Positions 1-10,440 of a DNA stretch of 64,000 nt are shown one piece after another (positions within the stretch are counted from its first letter, which is position 1; the number at the start of each line of letters is the position of its first letter). The DNA lies in the NCBI GenBank assembly GCA_044224875.1, contig JBGAJQ010000006.1:32001-96000 (forward strand). The letters run 5' to 3'. The DNA is from Gemmatimonadaceae bacterium. Lineage in GTDB: Bacteria; Gemmatimonadota; Gemmatimonadetes; Gemmatimonadales; Gemmatimonadaceae. Both the position numbers and the translations under genes were made by a program. The notes beneath the pieces are model-generated. The model saw only the letters and a list, made by a program, of their open reading frames with translations, did not search any database and was not told the DNA's origin.

Positions 1-1248
1 ATGCTCAATCGCCCCGACTTCGCCTTTGCGGCCAACGGGATCCGGCCGGAACTGATCTGGTTGTTAGGCGCCGGAGGCGCGACCCAATGGCGTGCCCTCA
101 CTCCCGTACCACCCGCGCTCGGTTCCCGGGCATTCATGCATGGTGGGCTACTCGTGATGCGAGACGGGTGGTCGCCCGATGCCAGCAGTATGGTTATCGA
201 CGCGGGACCGCACGGGGTGTTCAACTGCGGGCACGCGCATGCCGACGCGCTCGCCTTTGACCTGACGGTCGGCGGCCGCGCAACGTTCGTCGACCCGGGC
301 ACCTTCACCTACACCGCGCCACCCGCGGATCGCGACCTGTTTCGATCGACCGCCGTACACAACGCGCTGACGGTGAACGACACGTCGTCGTCGCTCATGC
401 AGGGCCCATTCTCCTGGACGACGATCGCCAATGCGAGCATCGAACGCTGGCACTCGGCGCCAATGCTTGACTTCTTCGAAGGCTCACACGACGGATACGA
501 GCGTCCCAGTGTCCACGCCGAGGTGGTGCGCTCCATCGTGTTCGTCAAGGACGGCTACTGGGTGGTGCGCGACCGTGTCGTCTCCGGCCGCCGGTTCTCG
601 GCCTTCGCCACCCTCCAGTGCGCCATCGGCTTCGACGCACGCGTGGTGTCGCCCAGCCAAGTCACGGTGACGGACGGCGCACACCCGCTGGTTGTGGTAC
701 ACGGGGTGGGCGAAGGCACCTCGATGTCCATCGATGAAGGGTGGGTGTCGCCGGGTTACGGAGCGCGCGAGCATGCACCGCGCATCCGCGTGCATGTGCA
801 GGGCGCGGGGGCTGTGGCGTTCGAGACAGTAATCGCCAAGGCATCCCTCGCCGCCACGGTAGCCCGCCGTCGCGGAACTGCGAGTGACATCATTGAGGTC
901 CGAACCGGCCCCTTCCGTGACGCCCTGGTTTTTTGCGACGGTGGTGAGCATCCCGAGTGCGAAGGCGTCTCCACCGACGCCGATGTCTTCTGGATCCGTC
1001 GGGACGCCGAGTCGGGGGCCCCAGTCGCGTGCTTTGCAACGGGCGCCACGCGCCTTACCGTGGATGGAACAGTGGTCGACTCCCTGGCGATGCCGGGCGC
1101 GATGGCTGCCATCCTCACACCGGCCGGATGGCAGCGCCGCCTCGTCGGAGCCAGCTCGCGTACGACTGCGCCCGGAAGGTCGTTAGGCGACGATGGCGAT
1201 GACGCCATGCCATTCGGCGCCGGTGGTTTCCTCAATTCGACAGCTTGA
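1..1248 (+). CDS. Heparinase II/III-family (polysaccharide lyase-like) protein, C-terminal part; probably 5'-truncated by the window edge
   Basis: Motifs GHAHADALAFDL, DPGTFTY, RSTAVHNALTV and SHDGY are typical of Hepar_II_III C-terminal domains. It lies at the start of an EPS-type operon. Confidence 0.8.
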   Translation: MLNRPDFAFAANGIRPELIWLLGAGGATQWRALTPVPPALGSRAFMHGGLLVMRDGWSPDASSMVIDAGPHGVFNCGHAHADALAFDLTVGGRATFVDPGTFTYTAPPADRDLFRSTAVHNALTVNDTSSSLMQGPFSWTTIANASIERWHSAPMLDFFEGSHDGYERPSVHAEVVRSIVFVKDGYWVVRDRVVSGRRFSAFATLQCAIGFDARVVSPSQVTVTDGAHPLVVVHGVGEGTSMSIDEGWVSPGYGAREHAPRIRVHVQGAGAVAFETVIAKASLAATVARRRGTASDIIEVRTGPFRDALVFCDGGEHPECEGVSTDADVFWIRRDAESGAPVACFATGATRLTVDGTVVDSLAMPGAMAAILTPAGWQRRLVGASSRTTAPGRSLGDDGDDAMPFGAGGFLNSTA

Positions 1249-1251
1249 GCT

Positions 1252-3186
1252 ATGTGCGGGATCTGCGGAATCGCGCTCTCTTCGCGTTCGACGCGTTCGG
1301 TCGATCGCGACCAGCTGGTGCGCATGCGAGATGCCATGACGCACCGTGGCCCCGATGGCGAGGGGCTCTACTTCAGTGACCGCGATCGCGTGGGTCTGGG
1401 GCACCGCCGCCTGTCGATCGTGGACGTCGCACACGGCGCACAACCGATGTCGTCCGACGATGGTGGCCTCCAGCTCGTATACACCGGCGAGGTCTACAAC
1501 CACCCGCTGCTCCACGACGAGCTGGTGGCCAAGGGGGTGCAGTACCACACACGCTGCGACACCGAGACGATCCTGCGCCTGTATGAGCGCGAAGGCGCGC
1601 GAACGCCCGAACTGCTGCGCGGCATGTTCGCGTTCGCCGTGTGGGACACGCGCGCCCGCGAGCTGTTCATCGCACGAGATCGATTTGGCGTGAAGCCCGT
1701 GTACTACGCGCACACGGAAGATGGGTCGCTGTACTTCGCGTCGGAAATCAAGGGGATTTTCGCGACCGGGCAGGTACGACCGACGGTGAACACCGGCGCC
1801 ATTCCCGACTACCTGGCGAACCATGCGCCGTCGGGAAACGAAACCCTCTTTGCCGGCGTGCGTCGGTTGCCACCCGGCCACACGCTGCGCTGGCGCGATG
1901 GCACGGTCGAGATCCGGCCATACTGGGATCTTTCATTTGCGGCGCCGATCGACTCCCGCGACGATCGCGAACTCGTCGCCGAGTATCGGGACCGGTTCGT
2001 GGATGCCGTGCGTATGCGCCTGATGTCCGACGTGCCCCTGGGCATGTTCCTGTCGGGCGGGATCGACTCGGCGTCGATCACCGCGGCGATGAGCCGGCTC
2101 GTCGACGAGCCGATCAAGACGTTTTCCGTCGCGTTCGCCGAACGCGAGGCGAATGAGCTGTATTACGCTCGACAGATCGCGGAGCGGTACAAGACCGATC
2201 ATCATGAGATCGTCGTCTCACCTGAGCAATTCTGGGAATCGGTTCCTGCGCTGGTGTGGCACGAGGACGAGCCAATGGCGCACCCCTCGAGCGTCGCGTT
2301 GAACTTCGTGTCGCGGCTGGCAGCCGAACGCGTGAAGGTGGTGCTGACGGGTGAAGGGAGCGACGAGACGCTCGCCGGCTACAACCGCTACCGCGTGACG
2401 ATCTACAACACGAGCATCGGCCGCCAATACGAACGCCTGGCGCCGCGGTTCGTACGTGACGCGGTGCGTCAGGGCGTGGCCACGCTCCCCACTCGTTCGC
2501 GCCTTCGGCAGCGTCTGTCCCGCACCTTCCTCGTGCTGCCGAGCGACCTTCCCTCGCTGTACTTCGACAACTTCGCGGTCTTCTCACGCGCTCGGCAGTC
2601 GCAACTACTTGCCCCCGGCTTCGCCGAGCAGGTGCGCGGGATCGATCCGTACGCCGCGGCGCGCGATGCCCTCGCGCACACGGACGCGCGAACGCTACTG
2701 GATCAGCTCCTGTACGCGGACACCAAGACCTATCTCCACGAGCTGCTGATGAAGCAAGACCAGATGAGCATGGCGGCCTCGATCGAGAGCCGGGTGCCGT
2801 TCCTGGATCATCCGCTGGTGGAGTTCGCGTCACGGCTGCCTCAGCAGCTCAAACTACGAGGGGTTACCACGAAGTACGTGCTGCGCGAGGCCATGCGCGA
2901 CTGGCTGCCGCCTGAGATTGTCTCGCGAAAGAAGATGGGGTTTCCCGTGCCTGTCGGTGCCTGGCTTCGTGGCGCCTTTCAACCGTTGCTTTCGACGTTT
3001 GTTACCAGCGATCGTGCCTTGGGACGTGGCTACTTCCAGCCCGAGGAGATCCGCCGGCTTGTGGCGAGCCACGTAAGTGGCGAACAGAATCACGCCGAGC
3101 GTCTCTGGTCATTGATCAATTTCGAGGTGTGGCATCGTGTGTTTATCGACGGCGAGGCGCCGGGCGATGTAGCAATGCGCGCCTAA
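1252..3186 (+). CDS. asnB: Asparagine synthase (glutamine-hydrolysing)-type amidotransferase, likely amidating EPS uronic acids
   Basis: N-terminal MCGICG (Ntn Cys), HRGPD, RRLSIVD, RDRFGVKP, LSGGIDS, GEGSDE, ESRVPFLD, RKKMGF. Confidence 0.9.
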   Translation: MCGICGIALSSRSTRSVDRDQLVRMRDAMTHRGPDGEGLYFSDRDRVGLGHRRLSIVDVAHGAQPMSSDDGGLQLVYTGEVYNHPLLHDELVAKGVQYHTRCDTETILRLYEREGARTPELLRGMFAFAVWDTRARELFIARDRFGVKPVYYAHTEDGSLYFASEIKGIFATGQVRPTVNTGAIPDYLANHAPSGNETLFAGVRRLPPGHTLRWRDGTVEIRPYWDLSFAAPIDSRDDRELVAEYRDRFVDAVRMRLMSDVPLGMFLSGGIDSASITAAMSRLVDEPIKTFSVAFAEREANELYYARQIAERYKTDHHEIVVSPEQFWESVPALVWHEDEPMAHPSSVALNFVSRLAAERVKVVLTGEGSDETLAGYNRYRVTIYNTSIGRQYERLAPRFVRDAVRQGVATLPTRSRLRQRLSRTFLVLPSDLPSLYFDNFAVFSRARQSQLLAPGFAEQVRGIDPYAAARDALAHTDARTLLDQLLYADTKTYLHELLMKQDQMSMAASIESRVPFLDHPLVEFASRLPQQLKLRGVTTKYVLREAMRDWLPPEIVSRKKMGFPVPVGAWLRGAFQPLLSTFVTSDRALGRGYFQPEEIRRLVASHVSGEQNHAERLWSLINFEVWHRVFIDGEAPGDVAMRA

Positions 3187-3196
3187 CGACCATCGC

Positions 3197-4441
3197 ATGC
3201 ACATCCTCTGGCTCAAGACGGAATTGCTGCACCCGGTAGACAAGGGTGGACGCATCCGAACGTATCAGACCCTCAAGGCGCTGAAGGCAAGACACAAGGT
3301 CACCTACCTCACGCTCGATGACGGTTCGGCGGCGCCGAACGCGGCGGCCCTGGCGCAGGAGTATTGCCACGACCTTGTGACGGTTCCTTTTCAGCAGCCT
3401 CGTAAGGGAAGTCCGGCGTTCTTTTTGGACCTCGCCACGAATCTGCTGTCTCCCCTGCCGTACGCAGTGGCCAAGTACCGTTCCCGCGCCATGCGCGACG
3501 CGATCGTCAGCGTGGTCCGTGAGCGCCAGGTCGATCTGGTGGTGTGCGACTTCCTGTTCCCCAGCCCGAACGTGCCGGATGGGTTGGGGGTGCCCATCGT
3601 ACTCTTCCAACACAACGTGGAAGCAGCGATCTGGGAGCGTCACGCCAAGGTTGCCGGCAACAGCGTGAAGCGCGCGTATATGACACTTCAATGGCGTCGC
3701 ATGCTGGCATACGAGCGACAGGAGTGCCTGCGTTACGACCACGTCATCGCGGTCTCGGACGCCGATGCCGAAACGATGCGCACATGGTACTCGGCCACGC
3801 GCGTCAGTGCGGTCCCGACCGGGGTGGACACGGAGTTCTTCACGCCGTCCGGCCGCGAAGCCATCGTGCCGACAGAGCTGGCCTTCACCGGTTCCATGGA
3901 CTGGATGCCTAACGAAGACGGGGTTGAGTGGTTCGTCGCCGATGTGCTGCCCCGCATTCGCGAGCACCTTCCGCACACGACGCTTTCCATCGTTGGTCGC
4001 CACCCGACGCCGCGCGTGAAGGCCCTCGGCGAGCGATCCAGCGGTGTCGTGGTAACGGGCTCGGTGCCAGACGTCAGGCCATTTCTCGAGCGAGCCGCCG
4101 TCTTCATTGTCCCATTGCGCGTGGGCGGTGGCACACGCCTCAAGATCTATGAAGCGATGGCCATGGAACGCGCGGTCGTTTCCACGACCATCGGCGCCGA
4201 GGGGCTGCCACTCCGGGACGGGGAGGAGATCGTCATTGCGGACGACGCGGACGCCTTCGCTCGTGCCGTGGTGCAGCTGTTACAGGACCAGTCGCGGGCC
4301 AGACACATCGGCGCCGCGGCTGCCGGCCGCGTGCGTCGAGAATTCAGCTGGGACACCGCTGGTGAGGCCTTCGCCCAGATCTGCGCGCACGTGGTGTCGC
4401 CTGCTCGGAGTGGCGCGGCGGAACCTCGTATCGGCGCATGA
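3197..4441 (+). CDS. Glycosyltransferase family 4 (GT-B)
   Basis: HNVE, PTGVD, FTGSMDWMPNEDG, GGGTRLKIYEAMAM and STTIGAEGL motifs. Confidence 0.88.
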   Translation: MHILWLKTELLHPVDKGGRIRTYQTLKALKARHKVTYLTLDDGSAAPNAAALAQEYCHDLVTVPFQQPRKGSPAFFLDLATNLLSPLPYAVAKYRSRAMRDAIVSVVRERQVDLVVCDFLFPSPNVPDGLGVPIVLFQHNVEAAIWERHAKVAGNSVKRAYMTLQWRRMLAYERQECLRYDHVIAVSDADAETMRTWYSATRVSAVPTGVDTEFFTPSGREAIVPTELAFTGSMDWMPNEDGVEWFVADVLPRIREHLPHTTLSIVGRHPTPRVKALGERSSGVVVTGSVPDVRPFLERAAVFIVPLRVGGGTRLKIYEAMAMERAVVSTTIGAEGLPLRDGEEIVIADDADAFARAVVQLLQDQSRARHIGAAAAGRVRREFSWDTAGEAFAQICAHVVSPARSGAAEPRIGA

Positions 4442-5262
4442 TGGCCCAGCGACCGGCAACCGTTCTTATCGCGCACCACGATGCGCCGCTTCATACGGAT
4501 GGACTGGCTCGATGGATGTCCTCGTGGTCCGACCTTCGTGGCATTGTCGTCATCGAGGAGCCCGGAGGCCTGTTCTTTCGTCGCGTTCGGCGCGAGCTGT
4601 CGCGCGTGGGCCTGTGGCGGCTGCTCGATGTACTTGCCTTTCGGCTCTGGTATAGGTGGCGGTGGGCCCGGCAGGATGACGCCTGGCGCACGCAACGCTT
4701 GTCAGCGCTGCAAGAGACTTATCCGGCCGTCCCCGCCAGCGTGCCCATACTCCGCGTGACCACGCCTAACGCCGCCACGTCACAAGCGTTCATTGCCAAC
4801 GCGGCGCCCACGTTGACCCTGGCCCTGTGCAAGAACATTCTGGCCGAGCGTATCTTCTCCATCCCGACGAAGGGAACGTTCGTGTTGCACCCCGGCATCT
4901 GCCCCGAGTACCGGAACGCCCACGGTTGCTTCTGGGCGCTAGCCCAAGGGGACGTGGAGCGGGTCGGCATGACGCTCCTGCGGATTGACCGAGGCATCGA
5001 CACGGGTCCTGTCTATGGGTTCTTTCGCGCGCCCTACGATGAGCAGCATGAGTCGCATATCGTCATCCAGCATCGCATGACGTTGGATAACCTGAACCAG
5101 ATCGCCGCAAGATTCCTGGAGATCGTGGCTGGGCGCGCCGACGTCATCCCCACCGCCGGGCACGAATCGCACGTCTGGGGCCAGCCCTGGCTCAGTGCCT
5201 ACCTCCGCTGGCGGCGCGGAGCCAAACATCGAGGTGACATCCGTGCAGATCATCGCGCTTGA
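4438..5262 (+). CDS. Formyltransferase-like protein (Formyl_trans_N fold)
   Basis: LHPGICPEYRNAHGCFWAL and GMTLLRIDRGIDTGPV resemble the HxSLLPxYRG and GxTxHxxxxxxDxG motifs. ATGA overlap with GT4. Confidence 0.7.
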   Translation: MMAQRPATVLIAHHDAPLHTDGLARWMSSWSDLRGIVVIEEPGGLFFRRVRRELSRVGLWRLLDVLAFRLWYRWRWARQDDAWRTQRLSALQETYPAVPASVPILRVTTPNAATSQAFIANAAPTLTLALCKNILAERIFSIPTKGTFVLHPGICPEYRNAHGCFWALAQGDVERVGMTLLRIDRGIDTGPVYGFFRAPYDEQHESHIVIQHRMTLDNLNQIAARFLEIVAGRADVIPTAGHESHVWGQPWLSAYLRWRRGAKHRGDIRADHRA

Positions 5263-6058
5263 ATACCACGATGTCGTGAATGCCGGTCTATTCGACGACA
5301 GTGGTTTCCCGGGGCGGGCCGCGCGCACGTACAAGATGTCTGCGAGTATGTTCGAGCAGCATTGCGCTGCGGTCGCCGAGTCGGGTGTTTCCGTCGTCTC
5401 CGACATTCGCGCGACGAACCCGTCGCTGCTGCGGATTGCGCTGTTCACCTTTGATGACGGTGGATCCAGCGCGCTGGACCCAACGGCCGCCATCCTGGAA
5501 CGGTTTGGCTGGCGAGGCCACTTCTTCGTCACCACCGGCGCCATGGGGACGAAGGGCTTCCTCAGCCCCGCTCAGGCACGCGAACTGGCGGATCGCGGCC
5601 ATGTGGTGGGAAGTCACTCACACACCCATCCCGTCCGTATGTCGCACCTGACGGCTGAGGAATTGCGACAGGAATGGTCCGACAGTATCAGCCGACTGGA
5701 GGACGCGTTAGGCCGATCGGTGACCGTCGCTTCGGTCCCCGGTGGCTATTTCGGTCCTCACGTGGCCCACGCCGCTGCCGAGCGGGGCATCCAGTGGCTC
5801 TTCACATCGGAACCAGAGAGCCACATGACGTCCATCGGGTCCTGTCGCGTAATGGGTCGCTATACCTTACGCATCGACTCGCCACCGTCGCTCGCGCGGG
5901 CGCTCGTCGCTCCCGGTGGCACCGCCCGACTGAAGCAATCCGTGCTGTGGAAGGCCAAGAAAGCCGCCAAGCGACTCGGCGGCGATGCGTACCTGCGCCT
6001 TCGGGCGTCTCTACTGGGCGATACGCAGGACGCCCAGGCCGATGCCCTCGCCCCCTGA
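5243..6058 (+). CDS. Polysaccharide deacetylase (CE4/NodB)
   Basis: YHDV, TFDDG, GSHSHTH and PGG motifs. Start placed at GTG 5243 after GAGGTG (5231-5236), not at the ORF-track start 5195. Confidence 0.85.
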   Translation: MQIIALEYHDVVNAGLFDDSGFPGRAARTYKMSASMFEQHCAAVAESGVSVVSDIRATNPSLLRIALFTFDDGGSSALDPTAAILERFGWRGHFFVTTGAMGTKGFLSPAQARELADRGHVVGSHSHTHPVRMSHLTAEELRQEWSDSISRLEDALGRSVTVASVPGGYFGPHVAHAAAERGIQWLFTSEPESHMTSIGSCRVMGRYTLRIDSPPSLARALVAPGGTARLKQSVLWKAKKAAKRLGGDAYLRLRASLLGDTQDAQADALAP

Positions 6059-6096
6059 CCACCTCGTCATCGCACCTCAATACCTAACGAACTAAT

Positions 6097-7419
6097 ATGC
6101 CGCAACAGATCAGTGTTTTTGGGCTGGGTTACGTCGGATGTGTCTCGGCGGCCTGCTTCGCCAAGGAAGGCCATACCGTCGTCGGCGTCGACGTCAGCCA
6201 GGCAAAGGTCGACATGATCAATGCCGGCCTTGCCACCATCGTGGAACAGGGCATCGCGGAACTGGTGAAGGAGGTTCACTCAGCTGGCCGGCTACGCGCC
6301 ACCACGAGCGTGGAAGAAGCGGTGCGTGCGACGTCCATCTCGCTCATCTGCGTCGGCACGCCAAGTCGCCCGAACGGAGCGCTGGACCTCAGCTATGTGG
6401 AGCGGGTGTGCGCGCAGATCGGTGAGGTGCTCCGCGTGAAGAAGGAGCGCCACACGGTCGTGATTCGCAGCACCGTGTTGCCCGGGTCGACGCAAGAGGT
6501 TGCAGCTGCGGCACTCGAGCGAACCTCCGGCCTCAAGCAGAACGCCGGTTTTGGAATCGCGATGAACCCCGAGTTCCTGCGCGAAGGCACGTCGATCAAG
6601 GACTTCTACGATCCGCCGTTCACCGTGATTGGGACGGAGGATCCCGCGACGGCGGAAGCGATCGCGAGCTTGTATGCGGGCCTAACGGTCCCAGTCCATA
6701 CCGTGGCCACGCGGGTGGCCGAGATGCTGAAATACGCGTGCAATTCCTTCCATGGGCTCAAGGTCGGTTTTGCCAACGAGATCGGGAACGTGTGCAAGGC
6801 CCTCGGCGTGGACAGCCATGAGGTGATGCGGATCTTCTGCGAAGACACCAAGCTCAACATCTCTCCCTACTACTTGAAGCCCGGGTTTGCGTTTGGCGGA
6901 TCGTGCCTGCCCAAGGACCTTCGCGGTGTGACCTATCGCGCGAAACAACTGGACATCGATACTCCAATCCTTCGGGCCACGCTCGCGGGGAACGAGCAGC
7001 AGATCACCCGCGCCTACGACATGGTGATGGCAACCGGCCACAAGCGAGTCGGCGTGCTGGGCTTGGCGTTCAAGGCTGGCACCGACGACATGCGCGAGTC
7101 CCCGATGGTCACCCTCATCGAGCGGCTGCTGGGGAAGGGCATCCAAGTCACCATCTACGATCGCGAAGTCACGAGTGCGCGCCTGATCGGCGCGAACAAG
7201 GAGTATGTGGAGCGAGAGATTCCGCACATCTGGTCGTTGATGCGCGCCGAGATCAAGGATGTGCTGGCGGCTAGCGACACGGTGATCATCGGCAACGGAT
7301 CGAAGGAGTTCCGCACGATTGAGCCGGTGCTTCGAGAAGGTCAGATCGTGATTGACCTGGTGCGCGCATTCGGCGCTCGACGTAGCGATGGCACCTCGTA
7401 TGAGGGCATCTGCTGGTAG
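6097..7419 (+). CDS. algD: GDP-mannose 6-dehydrogenase (UDP-glucose/GDP-mannose dehydrogenase family)
   Basis: FGLGYVG, CVGTPS, NPEFLRE, PGFAFGGSCLPKD, FKAGTDDMRESP, GANKEY and C-terminal EGICW match the AlgD pattern. Confidence 0.82.
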   Translation: MPQQISVFGLGYVGCVSAACFAKEGHTVVGVDVSQAKVDMINAGLATIVEQGIAELVKEVHSAGRLRATTSVEEAVRATSISLICVGTPSRPNGALDLSYVERVCAQIGEVLRVKKERHTVVIRSTVLPGSTQEVAAAALERTSGLKQNAGFGIAMNPEFLREGTSIKDFYDPPFTVIGTEDPATAEAIASLYAGLTVPVHTVATRVAEMLKYACNSFHGLKVGFANEIGNVCKALGVDSHEVMRIFCEDTKLNISPYYLKPGFAFGGSCLPKDLRGVTYRAKQLDIDTPILRATLAGNEQQITRAYDMVMATGHKRVGVLGLAFKAGTDDMRESPMVTLIERLLGKGIQVTIYDREVTSARLIGANKEYVEREIPHIWSLMRAEIKDVLAASDTVIIGNGSKEFRTIEPVLREGQIVIDLVRAFGARRSDGTSYEGICW

Positions 7420-7561
7420 AGATGTGATACACAGCACAACACTACGGCCCTGACCGCCACACCAAGGACCGCTGAAAGATTCTTGTTGTCGCTGACGCGA
7501 CTGACGGCTACGTTAGCGCCGGTTTGCAGTTCGTCATGTTGAGTGCCAGGGGGTAGTCGTC

Positions 7562-9936
7562 GTGCATTCGTATCGCGTAATCGCGAGCGCGTTGTTGCTC
7601 GCGTTGTGGATTCTTGTCGCCTGTGGCGAGGCGCCGTCGGCCTCAACCGCCGTGGTCACTCCGGCCCCGCCACCGCCGGTTGCCGTGGCGGGTGTGCGCG
7701 TGGTCGCAGATTCCGGCACGCTCGCAGTCGGATCGAGCGGTCAGGTGCGTGCCGTGGCCCTCGACACGCGCTCGAATGAACTTGCCGGCCGGGTTGTGCA
7801 GTGGAGCGTCGACAATGCGAGCGTGCTGTCGGTCTCCACGTCCGGCGTGGTAACCGCTTTGGCGCCGGGCGCGGCGCGGGTGATCGCCACGATCGAAGGT
7901 GTCGTCGGCGATGCCACCGTCGATGTGTTGTCGCCGGTGGCATCGAGCGTCGCTGTCGCGGCCGATTTCCAACGGCTCGCGGTCGGCGGTCATGCTCAGG
8001 CAACGGCCACCGCGCTGGATGCCACCGGTCGCAAGCTTCCGGGCCGCACGGTGCTCTGGACGGTGACACAGGGTGCGTCTGCCGTATCGATTGGCTCAAC
8101 GGGGGTGATCACGGCATTGGCTGAGGGACGGGCGGTGGTCCAAGCGACCATCGATTCTGCATCGGCCAGCCTCACGATCGATGTACTAGCCCTGACCAGC
8201 GCCCCTCGCGCGGTGCAGGTGTCCGTGGATGCCAGTCGCGTGCGCGTGGGTGGGGTGACTCAGGCGAAGGCGATGGTCGTCGATTCCAGCGGCAGCGCCG
8301 TCGGCGGATATCCGGTCACGTGGGATATTGTTGGAACTGCCGGCTTGGCCTCGGTGTCGGCTTCGGGGCTGGTCACGGCGGTTGCCGTCGGTGAGGTGCA
8401 GGTCCGGGCGACTGCGGGCACGGTCTCGGGGACGGCTTCGGTCGCCATCGAAGATGTCCCACTGGACAATGTCGCGCTCCCCGAGTTGCCCCGCGTGCAC
8501 CTGGTCACCACATACCAGCAACCGACTGGGCGGAGCGTCAGAGTTCGAGCTGGCGACGATCTTCAGGCGGCCCTGAACGCGGCCCGCCGAGGCGACGAGC
8601 TGGTGCTGGACGCCGGGGCTGTGTTCCGGGGCAGCTTCGTCCTTCCGCGATTGACCGGGAGCGCGTCGGACGGCTGGGTCATTGTCCGGTCGTCGATGCT
8701 GGGGTCACTCCCGGAAGGCCAGCGTGTCACGCCGGCACAAGTGGCGCTTATGCCGCGCATCGAGACTCGCGATGGCACGCCGGCTCTTTCGACCGCCTTG
8801 GGTGCGAGTGGGTGGCGGCTGGCGGGGCTGAAGTGACGGTCGATCCGCTCTTCTCTTCACAACAGAATGGGCTGCTACTGTTCGGCGACGGCTCGTCGGC
8901 GCAGAGCACACTCAGCAACGTCGCGAGTGATCTCGTGCTCGATCGCTCCTTCGTTCACGGAGCGCCCACCAGCCAGGTGAAGCGATGCGTCGCCTTGAAT
9001 TCCGCCCGCTCGGCGATCATCGACAGCTACCTGTCCGACTGCCACGTGGTGGGCTTCGATAGTCAGGCGATCCTGGGCTGGAATGGACCCGGGCCGTTCA
9101 AGATCGAGAACAACACGCTGATGGGCGCCAGCGAGAACATCATGTTCGGCGGGGCCGACCCGAGCATCCCGGGCCTGGTTCCGGCGGACATCGAAATCCG
9201 CCGGAACTACCTGTACACGCCAGCGAGTTGGCGCGGCGTCTGGCAGAAGAAGAACTTGTTTGAGCTGAAGAATGCAGAACGTGTGCTGCTGGAGTCCAAC
9301 GTGATGGAAGGTTCGTGGGTGGACGGCCAGACCGGGTACGCCATGCAGCTCAAGATCGAGAACCAAAGTGGCCGTTGTACGTGGTGCCGGACGGCAGACG
9401 TGACGGTGCGCGGGAACGAGATTCGCAACGTGGGTGGGGCGTTCAATCTGGCGGGGATGGAGGGTGGGAGCCCGTATCCGGTGACGGAACGGCTGACGCG
9501 CGTCCTCATCGAGCAGAACCTCGTGAGCGACGTGAACGTGGCGCCGTACACGGGTGATGCGCGACTGTTTCTGGTTCAGAACGACGTGCGCGACCTGACC
9601 ATCCGGAACAACACCATTACTAGTGCGGGGAACCTGAATGCCTTCCTGTACCTGGGTCGTGGGTCAGCCACACGGCGGTTCTTCTTCGGACGCAACATCG
9701 TGAGCGTCGGTCAGTACGGATTGTTCGCTGATGCGTTGGGCGAGGGCGTGCCGGCGCTGGCCGCGGTGAGCGAGCGGGTGTCGATGGAGGGTAACGCCGT
9801 GATTGGTCAGGCGCGTCCCGCCTATCCCGGCGGCTTCCTCTTTGTGCCAGATCTGGCGGCGGCCCGCGCGGTGGTCGGAGCGGGGGCGGACGAGGCCAGC
9901 CTGCGGCAAGCGACGACCGGTGTGGTCGTGCGGTAG
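7562..9936 (+). pseudogene. Lipoprotein with 3 Ig-like (Big_2) repeats and a right-handed beta-helix domain, split by a 1-nt frameshift near 8830
   Basis: Lipobox LVAC. ORFs 7562-8836 and 8812-9936 together align with the intact paralogs. The paralogs read L-V-G-L-E-[IV]-T, but here CTG AAG TGA lacks one G of CTG GAA GTG. Confidence 0.8.
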
Positions 9937-10187
9937 CCCGCGTTCCGTCAGCAACAACAACCTAACGATTGATTCGGCGGAGGTCGGGCCCAGTGCCCAC
10001 CGTGCGCGTCGCCGCGCGGTTCAGCCCGCCATTTCGGCGTTTATTTGCTTCCTCTCACGTACTGGGTCGGCGACCTGATCCGTGACACCAGAGGCGGTCA
10101 GAATGCCGTTGAGGTCGACATCTTTGTGCGCCAAGTCACATTGGAACGCTGCAACCCATTGTACTATAGGGATATATGTTACCCCAC

Positions 10188-10224
10188 CCCTAAGGTAATC
10201 GTGACCGATGACGATACCTTAGGG
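10188..10224. repeat. Imperfect inverted repeat in the upstream region of the riboswitch-controlled gene
   Basis: CCCTAAGGT(A)ATCGT-8 nt-ACGATACCTTAGGG: 14-bp arms with one bulge, next to a locally AT-rich stretch. Confidence 0.6.
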
Positions 10225-10324
10225 TTGAGAATTCCCGCTGGGTGATCGGTCAGAGTGACAGGTCATCTAACGAAACAATCTACTTCTTGTTTCGGCAGGA
10301 TCGCAGCCCTCGCAGGTGAGGAAA

Positions 10325-10418
10325 GCGACAAAGGCAAACCCGGCGAAAGCCGGCGACGCAAAGCTACGAGGCCTCAATGCACATCGCGTTAGGCTGGTCG
10401 AGCCGCCGAATAACTCGC
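10325..10418 (+). promoter_or_regulatory. Cyclic di-GMP-I (GEMM) riboswitch
   Basis: AAAGGCAAAC-CCGGC-GAAA-GCCGG-CGACGCAAAGC ... GCCGCCGAA matches GEMM hallmarks: GGCAAA, GNRA-capped P2, GACGCAAAGC and terminal CCGA. GCGA/TCGC closes P1. It ends about 10 nt before SD GGAGG (10428). Confidence 0.88.
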
Positions 10419-10440
10419 ATGGCTTTTGGAGGAACTGCGA

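Noticed and set aside
1252..3186. AsnB homologs (this one and 17610-19523) as lasso-peptide cyclases
   Set aside because: Both keep the N-terminal Cys glutaminase domain, no precursor, B protein or RRE is seen, and the context is polysaccharide.
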